A stretch of 62,512 nucleotides of DNA, counting the filler, from Bipalium vagum (lineage: Eukaryota), in NCBI GenBank assembly GCA_037834085.1. It is 3 parts of 3 records of this genome, joined end to end, with 100 filler letters (N's around TTAATTAATTAA, not from the genome) between each part and the next. Parts side by side here need not be neighbours in the genome. Positions count along the whole stretch, not along the records: positions 1 to 24,354 come from JBBMKC010201717.1; positions 24,455 to 45,913 come from JBBMKC010237129.1; 1 more part is not named here. The stretch is one strand, 5' to 3'. The notes under the pieces are model-generated. The model saw nothing but the letters and a program-made list of their open reading frames with translations. It ran no database searches and had not been told where the DNA came from. A program made the position numbers and the translations under genes. Each line of letters starts with the position of its first letter. Position 1 is the stretch's first letter. Below, one piece after another: positions 24,278-37,300 of this stretch.

Positions 24278-24354
24278 TGTGGAGACTACGACCAACGAAA
24301 CCTGGTGAACATCCGGCTCAACCAAGGCCTAGTGGATCAACTCGCCCGAACCTT
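24278..24354 (+). mobile_element. 5' end of an LTR, truncated by the assembly gap
   Basis: TGTGGAGACTAC terminus identical to that at 45026 and similar to 39385. Confidence 0.6.
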
Positions 24355-24454
24355 NNNNNNNNNNNNNNNNNNNNNNNNNNNNNNNNNNNNNNNNNNNNTT
24401 AATTAATTAANNNNNNNNNNNNNNNNNNNNNNNNNNNNNNNNNNNNNNNNNNNN
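24355..24454. other. assembly gap with artificial linker N44-TTAATTAATTAA-N44
   Basis: Exactly 100 nt; the 12-mer gives stops in all six frames; identical construct at 45914-46013. Confidence 0.97.

Positions 24455-24501
<47 letters not shown>
24455..24501. repeat. (AAT)n microsatellite at contig edge
   Basis: perfect AAT run. Confidence 0.95.
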
Positions 24502-24503
<2 letters not shown>

Positions 24504-25366
24504 AAAAAATTCCCAGTAATATTTTTTCTTTTTGCCTATTTCTTAAGTACTGTTAAGGCTTACAAAAAACATCAAGATGAAAATATATAAAAATTTTGAT
24601 TAATAATTTATTGTAATTTTATTAACTCAGAGCATATTTCTTGTTAGCCTTGAGCTTTTCTCCAATTGTCTATTTTGTACAAGAAAATAGTACATAAAAT
24701 ACACAAAATAAGCATTATTAAATATTTGAATTAATTTTTTAATTCAATTAAACTAATTTATTTCTATTTCTTTGTTTCCCACTACGATAGAGGAATAGAT
24801 GGAATTCTTTTTCTGTAAAAAAGACTAATGAATTCAGTTTACTGTACGGGATTAAAAAAAGAATACAAAAGAAGTCAGAATAAGAAACTATTGATTAGAA
24901 TAATGAGATTCTGTAAATCCTTTGGGGAATAAATTTTTAAAATTCTCTTCAAAACCCGGGAAAACATTTGGAGAAAATTACTTTTTTAATTGAAATCTCT
25001 CTTCAAATTTATACGCTTTCCCTCAACTTTTCAGCAGGTATGAAATGTGAATAATTTATGGGACAAAAAAATATTCAACCTTTTCTCAAATGATGAACGA
25101 GAACGAGTTCATTGAGATCTGAGTTTGAATTAATAAAAAATTTATAATTTATTACGCTCTCCATTCACTGTGTGAGAAAGTTGGAAATAATTTTTTAAAT
25201 ATTGAAAAATCTTCATTAAATCTGCTTTTTTGTCCAGGCCCCGTATGACCCAGTAAACAGCTTCAAAAACGAATATTATGCTGTTAAGAAGAATAGAGAC
25301 TGGTGGGAGAATTCTCCGAATAAATTCAGTGCCGATTCCGATTACAGAACTCTTCCTAGAAGAATT

Positions 25367-28300
25367 ATGAAAAGTAAATGAGTTTATTTGTTGTATTAAT
25401 GAATTTACTGAGATTCAAACCCATAAACATCTTTCAAAACTCAATAAAAATACTGTTTTAATTTTTCTTAAAATGAAAAATATTTGAAAGTTACTCTTAA
25501 AATTATTAGATTAAAAATTGTATTAAGTATCTTTATTGAGTTTTAAAAATGTTAATGGGTTTGAATCTCAGTAAATTATTAGACATTAATATTAGGTGCA
25601 CAAATAAGTTTTTGAGAGTTTTTATTAGATGTATTTCTTCAATGTAATTCTGAATACTAATTATTTTTTGTAATCATTTTTATTTGAATCATTTTATCTG
25701 TTTGTTTTATTAATCTATTAATAATCTATATTTAAGCACAAATTGTAGATATATAAACTATGAATGACAAAGATTTTATTTGGTACATTATTCGATATGA
25801 TTTTTATCAGGGAAAATCTGCTGCAGTTGCCTATGCATCGATTTGTTCCGTGCTTCCATGATGTTGTTTCGACAGAATTTTGGTTTCTCAGCAGATTTTG
25901 GGCAAAAAATTTCGATGTGAGCGATTGGTAGCATATTGGGGCTCTTCTAATGTCAAATCTACCTATCTTCAAGTTCTGCTAGATAAAAATTCATCATAAA
26001 CACAAGAGGAACTTGCTGAAAACCTTTGATTAGCTCAGCAAACGATTTCCAATCAATGCGTGCCATGGGAAAATTTCAAAAAATGGGGAGTGGATATCAC
26101 ATACATTAAGTCAGAAAAATGAAAATTACCGTATCGTCATGTGTTCCAATCTCCATACTAAACAGCATAGGAAACCTTTCATGTGGAAAATAGTCACTGG
26201 TGACGAGAAATGGATATATTATGAAAAATCTTAAAAGATTAAAATATTCGTTAGATCCAGATCAATCAACAGAATGTACACCATGACGCCCAGATCATTG
26301 CCAAAGTGTAATGTTGTGCATCAGGTGGGATGTCCAGGATGTGCTGTATCAGAAACTTCTCCAACCGGGTGAAATCGTTAATAGTGATCTCTATTAAGAC
26401 CAGTTGCAGCAATTTAATGAAAAAATCCATCTGAAAGCTGGCGTCCAGTAAAACTGCTTCATCATAACGATAGGCCTCATATTGCAAGATCAGTAAGGAA
26501 TAGGTTACTAATATTTTGTTGGGAAGTTTTTGCAAAATCTGACGTATAGTTCGGATATCGCTCCAATAGACTATAATCTGTTTTGTTCAATGCAAAATTC
26601 CTTGACTTATACTGCTTCCGAACTCTTGAGAATATCCGAAAATGAGTAGATGATTTCATCATGTCAAAGGATATCTTTTTTATACTGGAATTCATTCTTT
26701 GCCTGAGAATGACTTAAGGTGATAGACAAAAACGGTGAATATTTTAAAGATTAGTTGTATCATATTTTTTATAATAAATGTTGATATTTCAAAAAATTTA
26801 TATTTAGTCGATTGGTAAAATGTCTTTGATCCCTGTTTTATAATAATTACTTTTAATTTTTTTGTTTGTAGCACTGCACCATGCATTTTCTTAGCAATAT
26901 AGCACCCTTTTTCAAATCAATATTAAAAATTTTATCATTATTGAGATGTAATATATAATCAGTAACAAGCTGTTTTCTGTATATAGCTTGGTATTTCTTA
27001 TTGTCAAAATGTTCAACTTTAAAAATTTTAAAACATCTTTGATTTTTTGAATGACCTATGACAAAGGACTTTAATTTAATTGATCCAGTTGAATAAGAAC
27101 AGCATAAAATTTGGCTTTTGTTTTAAAATGAACCGTTTTTTGTTTGTTGAAATATCCTCAGATACATAAAAAAGAAATTTATTTTATTAAAGAAATCTTA
27201 TTTTTATCACAATCTTGATGTTTCTTGTCAAATTATCGCCTGATTTTCTGTTATTTAAACAACCTTAGTTTTTCTCTAAAAATTTAATTAATTACTGCTT
27301 TTCAGAACTTTATTAATTGTTGTGTTCTTTAATTTAATTTTAAAACGTTTTACTTTAATTAGATGCTTTTAAAAACTCTTAATATATTAACTCACACTCG
27401 CTTTCTTTGAAGCGCTTCCAATCCTTTGAAGAAGCTGAAAACTGGATCACTGATTGGACAGCCACCAAAGACGCCGATTTCTTTTACGAGGAATTCATCA
27501 GCTTCCTGAAAAATGGGAGAAAGTCTCAAAATATTTTTGAATAAATTATCTTTTTATTTCTATGTTTACTTAATATTTATATTACTTATTAAATAGAGAC
27601 AATACTGTAAAAAAGACTCACATTCAAAGCACAAACGTAATACTTTAAAGTTCTGCTTACTCTGTTTTTTCAGATTTTTAATTACATTGTAATAATTGTA
27701 ATGATATATATTTTAATAAAATAAGTTTTGTTTGACAAAGTTTGCGGCTCCTTGAAAATCAACATAAAAACGGCAATTTATTATTTAACAACTTGATACT
27801 ATATAAAATAATTATTAATAATAATATAATAGAAACCATTATATATTTTTAATCTTATGAATTATTTATTTTAAAATATAAAATTCTTAGGAGGAAACTA
27901 ACAATGATTGTGTATTTTAGATAATAGCAGAATTTCCGGGTCCTATGCAGCATCAGACTTAGTGAAAGAAAATGATTTTAAGTACGAGAAGGTGTTCCAA
28001 ATTCCAGACGAAAATTCAAGTCTATTATTTATTGATTTTGTATATATTTACTAAAAGAATGTTCTGTACTTTAAGTAACAATGGCTCATGAGTTCTAAAT
28101 CTGTTAAGAAAAGCTCGAAAACCAAATAATTTTTTATCTAATCTAATTGAAACTTTCTCAAATTTTATACCATATTGAAAAGGCATCTCGTTTTTAGATA
28201 CAGAGGATAAGCCTACAGCAAGGACGAAAAGAATACAATCGTCTTCAGAACTCATTGAAAATAATTTATACAGTGAAGAAGGACCTTATCATTTACATCA

Positions 28301-31300
28301 AAGAAAGGATACCCAAGAAGTTGTTTCGAATGACGTTCAGTCACATTTGAGAGACTTTCAGACTAATTATAAGTATGATCCTAATATTTTTGTATCAAGT
28401 TCTATTTTTTAAAAAAAATTCTAAAATCCTTTCTTTAAGGAATTACAGTTACGAAAATAATGAGGATAAAAAGGAGGAAAACAAGAACTTAGATGATTTA
28501 TCGGAAATGTCAGAAAATTCAAAAAACAGCCTAAATTCAACGAAAACAGAACCAATCAACAAAGATGATATATCTTCTGTTCCGAATAATGGTGCAGAGG
28601 ATTTAGTAATTTCAACGACAGAAAGCACAGAGGACCAAAAGAATATGGAACTGTCAACGTCTCAGTCTGTTTGTGAAACAGATTCTGATCAAAAGTTAGA
28701 AATGTCTAACAAGAGTTCATCTAATTCCATTTCGAAGAAGAGTAAAACATCACAAAGTTCCACAACGAGTCAGGAAAGTACTCGGCGAAAAAGACGACCA
28801 AGTATTGGACAGAAGTTTAGTACAGTTTTGGGATTTGGAAAGAAAAATAGTAATGCATCAAATTTGGGTAAGAAATGTCGTTTTCATTTTTTAGTACAAT
28901 AATAATGTCTTGTCTGTCCAAACAAGCTTTTAATCAGGTGTACCAAAATATGATTAAGAAAGTGAGACTATAATGTCTAACCAAATTCTTTCAAAGTTTC
29001 TTTGACCATTTTTAAAACATCTTCATGTAGTCAAATGTCTATTACATCTTTAAGATAAATTCATTTTTATATATACAACTTCTTTTGATAAATTATTGTT
29101 CCTAACATTTAGCATTGAGATTCTTGCCAGTTTCCAATATCTTTTGATACACATTCCGGGTTTCAATAAACACATATCAGTGTTTTCATCCTGTGAATAT
29201 TGGGGTTTGGTATTCGATTTTCTCTGTTTTGGATTGTCAAAATAAATATCTTTTTTCATCAGTAACAATTGGTAATGTCACGACACAAAAACTTCTTTCT
29301 TTGCTGTCTTTTAATCAGAATTTTATAAACTGATTAAATATTCATTAGCAACAGGCATAACAATCATGTTATTTAATTTATTCCTTTTGTCTTAGGAGAT
29401 CAGAAGTTGCTTAGTGGCTAACATTTAATGAATCTTCTCGTTTCTGCAATATTTTAGAACAATAATATTAGGTTGTAAAAGTAATTTCCTTGATTTTTTA
29501 ATATTCATTTATAAACAAAAAACACAACTTATAAACACCATTTATTCTGTTGGTCTAAGTGATTGCGAGTTAAGATAGTTCTGCTAACCGTCACTAACTC
29601 AACATAATGACTCCAAGTCTGATAAAGAATAAACAAATAGGGTTGTCATTTGTGAGTACAGTTTACAACTTCAATAATGATAAGAGATCTTAAGACAACA
29701 GATCTTAACGACTAATGGTAGCCTGGTTAAGCCCTCAGAAAACCTATGAGTCTCCACTTTAATATGTTGACACTCTGAACTGTTTGCAAGAGAAAGAGAT
29801 TTACTTTATCCTCAAGTGGGCCAGGACAGTACCCCTTGAGTATTTATTTATTTGATTTTAAATTGATTTTAACAACTGTTAAATTGAAAATTTTAAGGAA
29901 ATTGATGAGATTTTAATTTAAATTAACTTTGTGAGTGAAAGTTTATAGATCTTGTTACTCAGTTAATTAGTAGATTTTAAAATGTACCTTCCTCTAAATC
30001 TTAAGGATTTAGAAAAATTAAAATAATAAAGTTTATAAAATAAGTCGAGTTGATGTCAAAGAATTTGAATAAATATTTCTTAAGATGTTTGTCCAATTTA
30101 TATCGTTGCCTGAAATTCTTGGAATTCTTTAGATTCTCTAAGTTGTTAACTTGATTTTACGCGTTGGTAGTCTGTGTTTATTTGCCGTTTTGCTACTAAA
30201 TTTTTGGGCTTTTACAGATCTTGATTTTAATTTACACTGGTAACAATTGTTACAAAATTACATTATGTTATTTTCTATTTTTCATATTCGTTTTCTTTAA
30301 GTAACTTGAGTTGTTATTTTATTTTCATCAAATTCTTGTTGCTTTTAGCAACTTAATTTATTGCCTTTAATTAAAGGCATTATTTATTACTTAATAAATT
30401 ATTAATATAAAATTATTATTTATTTATATTTTATTATTTTATTATTATTTCTGTTTTACATTGTATTGTTTCTTTAGAAATTTTTTTAAGATTATTATTA
30501 TTGTTGCTCTTTAGAGCTGGGGAGCAAAAATAAATATATAAAAAATTTTACTCACTAGAACATACTAAAATCAGATCATGAATTGGATCACAAGAATAAA
30601 ATTTTATTACACATAGAAGAACAGTATAATGTTTTGCTAAAATATATTATCATAATCAATTGTCTGTCAAATCTACTACTTGCTCTTCTCTCCTTCATTT
30701 TGAAAGTTTTGACTTGCTTTTCTTTGGCTTTGATTTGGAATTTGTTGTTTTAACGAATGATTCAGACCCTAGGGCTGGGAATCTCCATAATTCTAAGATG
30801 ATAATAACAAATTAGTTGGTGGCAAAATCTCCTTCATTGGTAACAACCTGCTCCTACCAATTCACTAGTTTTATTGAAGTCACGACTCCAGAAAACTTTG
30901 GGCTTTGGAAGTTGTTCAGTTACTTCATAAGAATTTCTTCATTATCGAATTTAAGTCCCACCATTTGGTTAAACATCAAGATGAAAAGATGAAAATTCGT
31001 TGGAGCTAAGTCGAGAAAATATATAGAATGTATAAAAGCCTCCTCGGAGGACTTTCCCAGCGCAAAAAATTCTCATAATCCCACCAATACATCATAATCT
31101 TATTTGAGTGGGATTTTTGCTTAACTATAGTCTTTGGTGTGATGTTAAGATCCACACATTCCTTCCTTGACCTGAAGTTTGCATAAGGACACTATTTTTC
31201 GTCTCCTGTACGATTCTGTGGATAAATCGTTTTTTTGTGATAATCTGTTGCTTGGTGTAGAGTAATATATTGAGCAGCAATCACGAGACAATAATGTTTG

Positions 31301-34300
31301 TGTTTTTGGGTGAAGTGGTGAGGCACTCAAGTTCCCGGTTTTGAGAGGAAACCCATTGATTGAAGATTACGGGAGATTTTTGTTGCATTGGCGTTCATCT
31401 TCTTAGACATTTCTCTGCTTGTTTGACAACCATCCTTTATCAAAATCGACTTTAATTTGTCCTCGTCTAACATCGATAGCCGAGCACTGGGGGTGTCTTG
31501 AAGATCAAAATTTCCTTTTGGAATTTTTTATACCATTTTTTACCTGTAGTTCATGCAATTGTGCCTTCTTCGTACAGAGCACAGATCTATTGAAACATTT
31601 CGGCAACTTTCTGGTCTTTGTTAAAACCAAATAAAATTAAATGTTGGAAATTTAATTTTTATCTATCTAAAGTTTAGAAACATTTTCAAATTAATGAACA
31701 TTAAAGATGATAACTATAATTTTGTAGAAAAAAAGAATTCAAAAAATATACAAATATTAATTGTATGTATTACAGATATATGTATAAACATAGAAAATGT
31801 TTATATATATATATATATATGAAGATTAAAAATCGGTTTCTTTACCTTTGCTGAATAGATTTAATAATAAGTAGGTGTATAAAAAATTATGACGACCACT
31901 ATATCTCAAAAGCCAAAATAGATTATGCCTAATCAGAATAATAACATATATTATTAATTAATTAAAACATAAGCAGTGCGATATGTTTTTTTTTCGAAAT
32001 CTCGTATAAGATACATTGCATATTTAGTATATGTCACACTGAGAACATTATTAAAATTAATATTATATATTAAGTGTGAGAATTGATTTCCATCGTTTAT
32101 AGAAAAAAACTCGTTCATTTAAAAATGGCAAGCATTTATTTCTCATAAAGTAATTTCCATTAGCAGCTACCCCTACTTCCCTAAAATGATTTCCGTTTAA
32201 AATAATAACTTAATTAATTAGATTAAATAAATAATGAATATTGATGTTAACAAATACACCCAAATATTACCTTTTGGTTTTATTTCCATTGATAAATACA
32301 CAAAATGTTGAATCAGTTGTGTTTTACGTAGCATCTCTTTCCTTAAAAAGTAAAACTGATAAAATTTAGAATATACATTTTAATGAAAATGTTTAGATTA
32401 AAAGGATTTTTAAAATTTTAATGTAGATTTGGAATTTTTACAATGTCTAATGAATATAATTGTTAGTTGAAAATTAATCGGAGATACCTGGATTCGAACC
32501 AGGGCCTTCACATGCGCATGGAATGCTCTGACCGCTGAGCTACAAATTCATTCAAATTTTTCACAATCTCATTTGTTAAAATCCGTGAATTATTTCTTAT
32601 TAAGACATAAATCACGTTCTCATTGACGACGGAAGGCTGTCCAGAGCGTAGTTGATCTTATAACCTAAAGTCTTCATCACAAAATCTTGAAACCATCTTT
32701 CAATGATTAATAAAGAAGTATCTAAACTCTTTTAATGGTTCCAACGTTCATGCCTTTTTGGAACTCAATAAAACACAAAATATCTTAAATCCATTTATTC
32801 AATGTTCATATTTTGAAATATCTCTGCAATGATTATTTAAACAAATTGCTGCATTCAAATATTAGCTTATATTATTATATAATGTGCTGGATACAAAAAT
32901 ATTTTTTCATATATCATATACTGTCTCAAATCGGAGCAGAACATTTGCATTGATGTAGAGTGAAGAACATCCATTTAAAATCATTGAGATTTTCACTAAA
33001 TTTAATCTTAAATATTAACGTAAACCTTCATGATTCTTACAATACGTAGTCTAAACGAATAAAATTCCACAAAAGTTACTAAGTTGATACGTTAAAGTCA
33101 TAAGTTAAATCTAAAAAAATATTTCTCTAATTCCCTTAATTCAAAGAGATAATACATGCATCTTCTGTTTCAGATCCTTCTTCAAGCTTATCATACGGCA
33201 TTGACACAGTTATTTTATTTCTAACCCATACCAACATAATTACTTCCAAATTTTTCTTATTGAAAAATATATTAATTTCTTATTAAAGCATATTTTACTC
33301 ATTTTCTTATTAGAGCTTTTTTTGAAAAATGGACCAAAACATCCATTTTGATTTAGACATTGTCTAATCGATTTTAAGAAATGAAAAGGGGAAGAAAATT
33401 ATTATTTAAGAAAAATATAATTTAATTCATTTAAATAATTTTAATACTGATTAATATAATCAAAATTTAGACAAAAAACCACGGCCCTCATTCCAACGTT
33501 GTGAAGAAGTTATACCTGCTCACATAAGAGGTTAGTAAAGAATTGAGATGTATTAATTAATAAATTAAATAAGTAGAATTGTCAATGAACTCTAATTCTG
33601 ATTGTCCAGAGGAAGAAAAAGTCAATTTTAGAGATAGGTAAGTAATGCTTCATAATCCTCTTTATCAATCTTAAAAATTTACCTAGATCAAAAAATTCAG
33701 TATCTGAACGAAATGAAACTCATGTTGAAATTTTCGTTGAAGGTTTGGGTCCAGGACAACTTGTGGGTCGACAAGTCTTGGGGATGCCCTGTTTGGGGGA
33801 GATTCAATTAAGTTTTATAGATAGAAAAGGTCATTTAGAATTAGAAGTCATTAGGGCTCGAAATTTAGTTCCTAAAAATAATGGTAAACTATTGCCACAA
33901 CCATATGTTAAGGTCCACCTCTTAGAAGACAAAATGATATTAGAAAAACAGAGAACACCTTTATCATCAAGAAAAACACTTGACCCACTTTTTCAGCATC
34001 AAATCTCTTTCAGTATTTCTTACAAACACAAAATATTACAGGTAAAAACAATTTTTTATTCTTTTTTATTTCTGAGTTATTAATTAATTTGTGTCCTTCC
34101 TGTCAAGAATATGGTGATTTATAACATGATCTCTCAATGACTTAAAGACCAAATTTTTAAAAAGAAAACGTTATTTTAATGTGTAAAATTTACAAATTGA
34201 TAACAAAAAAATTAAAGTACTGAATTATGAACCAGATAGCCAATATCACACCTTCAGTTTATCATTTTCCTTCGGATGATTTGTTCAGTTCTAGAATAAC

Positions 34301-37300
34301 TTTTTAAGATTCTATGAAGGGTGAAATAAAGAAATCTTGTGTAATTTGTTCTGTTTATCTGATAAACGGTTTAAGCGATATTTACTGGGTATGTCGTTTA
34401 AACGCGAAAAAATCCACGATATGTATAAAAATTAATTTTACCAAGCTAAATTTTATTGAAAACTAAATGAAAACATATTTTATTACATTATACGTACAGA
34501 AAACAATTATTCGATAAGGCCTCTGAATAGACCTGAATCTGGAGCAATTCTTAAGAATGTTGTTCTCAGATATATTACTTCATGTTTCCCTTACAGTTTT
34601 GTTTAGATACTTCAAATTGGGATGTTGTACTTTGGAGTCCTCTGTCTGAATAAAATTCCGTTTTAAGAAATTTAGAGAATTGTGATCAGATGAGCTAGAA
34701 GGTTATATTGCATTATCCCACAAGTTTATATTTCTAACCACAACAGAGTAAAATGTTGCCTTCCGTTTTTTCAGCATCAACATGGTTTTTTTACATTTCT
34801 AAATTTTGAGGCTTTTAGTGAATTTGTTAGCAACCGGTGTATCGTTATCACTTTTGACTTTGACTCAAGATCTTCTTTAATAATTTTCCAAGTGTGTTTA
34901 GAAATACCCATTTCATTGGAAATTTTCCATATTAATCTTACAGGGTTTCAAATTATCCAATTTTTGACTTTTTAACAAAATGTTGTGTTCTAACTTTCCT
35001 TTTCCGTGATTTTCTGGGCTTCGAGGTAGTACCATATTTTTCAAAGTTCGATTTAATTTTAAATACCATTGTTTTTGATACTTTTAAAATATTAATGATC
35101 TCATTTACCACTAAGGCTTGCCTTTTATAGTTTATATTCATCTAAAACATAAAATCCATAAAAGGATTTTATTAAATTAGCTAATGAAGTCCAATGAAAA
35201 CATTTCGTCAAATAAACAAAGTGGTATTCTGTTAGATAAGGTTGACTGTTTCAAAATAGTATTCGGTCATACGATGCACCCTGTATTTATTTGTTTCATT
35301 TTAAAAAAATTAATATTGGATGACGGATTTGTTTACGAAAGACAGTATTTGACTATTTTTAAAATGATAATCTTTGAACTACTCAATCAAAGGAAACAGT
35401 TACGTCGATTTTTTTTCGTTTTGCTTAAACGGACTACTTAGAAATTTAGGGTCATGAATTTTTAAACATCTTAAAAAATAAAAATTATTTTATTTCACCT
35501 TTAAAATAATTTCACCCTTAAAACAAAACTGGGTCAGGCCGAATTTAATTCTTACAATTTTAAATAATTGAATAAGAGTTTGTAAGCAAATTTATTTGCA
35601 TATAAATAGCACTAACTAATTAAGATAATCGGAAATACTCCCGACTGATCAAAGATTTTTTGAAAAAAACTTTATGATTTTTATTCTCTCCTTAAAACTC
35701 TATCATTATCTTTTTGCAAGACCTTGTGATAGTCATTTTAGACTCTTAATAATAAAAGGGTGACTATTTTTTAAACTTGTAAAAATAATAAAAATAAATA
35801 ATAATCTTGATTATATGACAGATAAAACTGAAGATCAAAGTACATCTCATCTGGGTTTTCGGTTTTACTCAAAGTTTTTTGAATTATTCTGAAAAAATAT
35901 CCTGTTTAAAATGACTAGACCAGGTTAAGGATATCGTGAATTTTCATCTACAATGGACATTGATAATTTTCCTATTTGTAATGCGTTCATAATGTACTAA
36001 TCCCTTATGATTCCACCACCAAAGAAAGAAATCCATTTTGCAAATCTTTTCTACTTAGAAAGACATTATCTGTATGAATACCAGCTCTGAAATATTCTGC
36101 TTCGCACAATAACTAATAATAATATTTTGATTTTACTTATTTTTTAATTTTTTATTGTTCAAATTTTACTCTAAAACGTTTTTTTCATTCGCTCTCTGAA
36201 TAATATCAATAATCATGAGTATTTATCCCTCATACCTACATTATCAAAAATATTTAATTCTACATTCATATCTTTGTATTATGTGCACATTCTGGAAATG
36301 ACGGAAATGCTAAAAATTTTTATTTTAACAAAACTAAACAAATTCTTTTGTTCAAAGTAATTTCCATCTATATCTACAGTTTTGGCCAATTTATCTGGTA
36401 ATTTGTGAATACCGTCAAAAAAAATTTCTGTTTCAATACGATCCACTCATCAACCCAATTTTTGACAACCTTAAAGTTATGGAAGCGCTGCTTAAAGAGA
36501 CAATGCGTCATCGATTTAAAAAGGTAACCAAATACAACAATGTGTGGCGAATATGGGGGTTTGGTAAAAGATCCAACCAAGTAAATCCAACGTTTCCTTA
36601 ATTGGTTTTGAAACAAAAGGCCCAGTGCTATTACATGTAAAAATGCCCAGGTTTTAAGATCTCGTAGTCCTCATTGACAATATAGTGCAGACACGATTTT
36701 CTTCTGTGCTTTTCCATTAAAACTTCAAAAGTTTTTTCTTAATTTTATTCAATGCATATGGTATCTATTTTTCTTCTTTTGAATCTTTCCTATTGCTTGT
36801 AATCAATCAGAAATTGCTTGCTGGTCAACATATAAAAGAACTTTAATCTTTTGTTGAATTTGTGAGTTGTCTTCTTTCAACAATGCCTACAAATCTGTAT
36901 CTTCGAATTTTTTCTATTGACCTGGATGTTCGGAGTCTTGCACATTTAAATTTCCATTTTAAAACTGATTTGCGGACGGTGATCACGATTCATCACTGAG
37001 CCGAACGTCACTGGCTGTCATGGAGTATTTACTTTTCATCGCATGTCACAATACAATAGAGAAAATGGTCGTTTTTTTCTTAAAAGAACTGACGACACTT
37101 TAAAATTTAATTTTTTTATTTTCGTTCAACATGTTTGGCCCCTATTTGTCTAGCTTTTATGACTTTCTAATGCAACTCAAATTATCAGAGACCGTTGTTT
37201 TACTTAATCCGAGATTATACGCAGGCTTTCTAAAAGTTCTCCTTGGGTTTGTTTCAACTAAAGCCTTCAGATTGCTCTCAAAAACTTTCATCACTCGCAC

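Noticed and set aside
24399-24410. TTAATTAATTAA island between N runs (also 45958-45969)
   Set aside because: Symmetric N44/12/N44 construct repeated exactly; it is an assembly linker, not biology.
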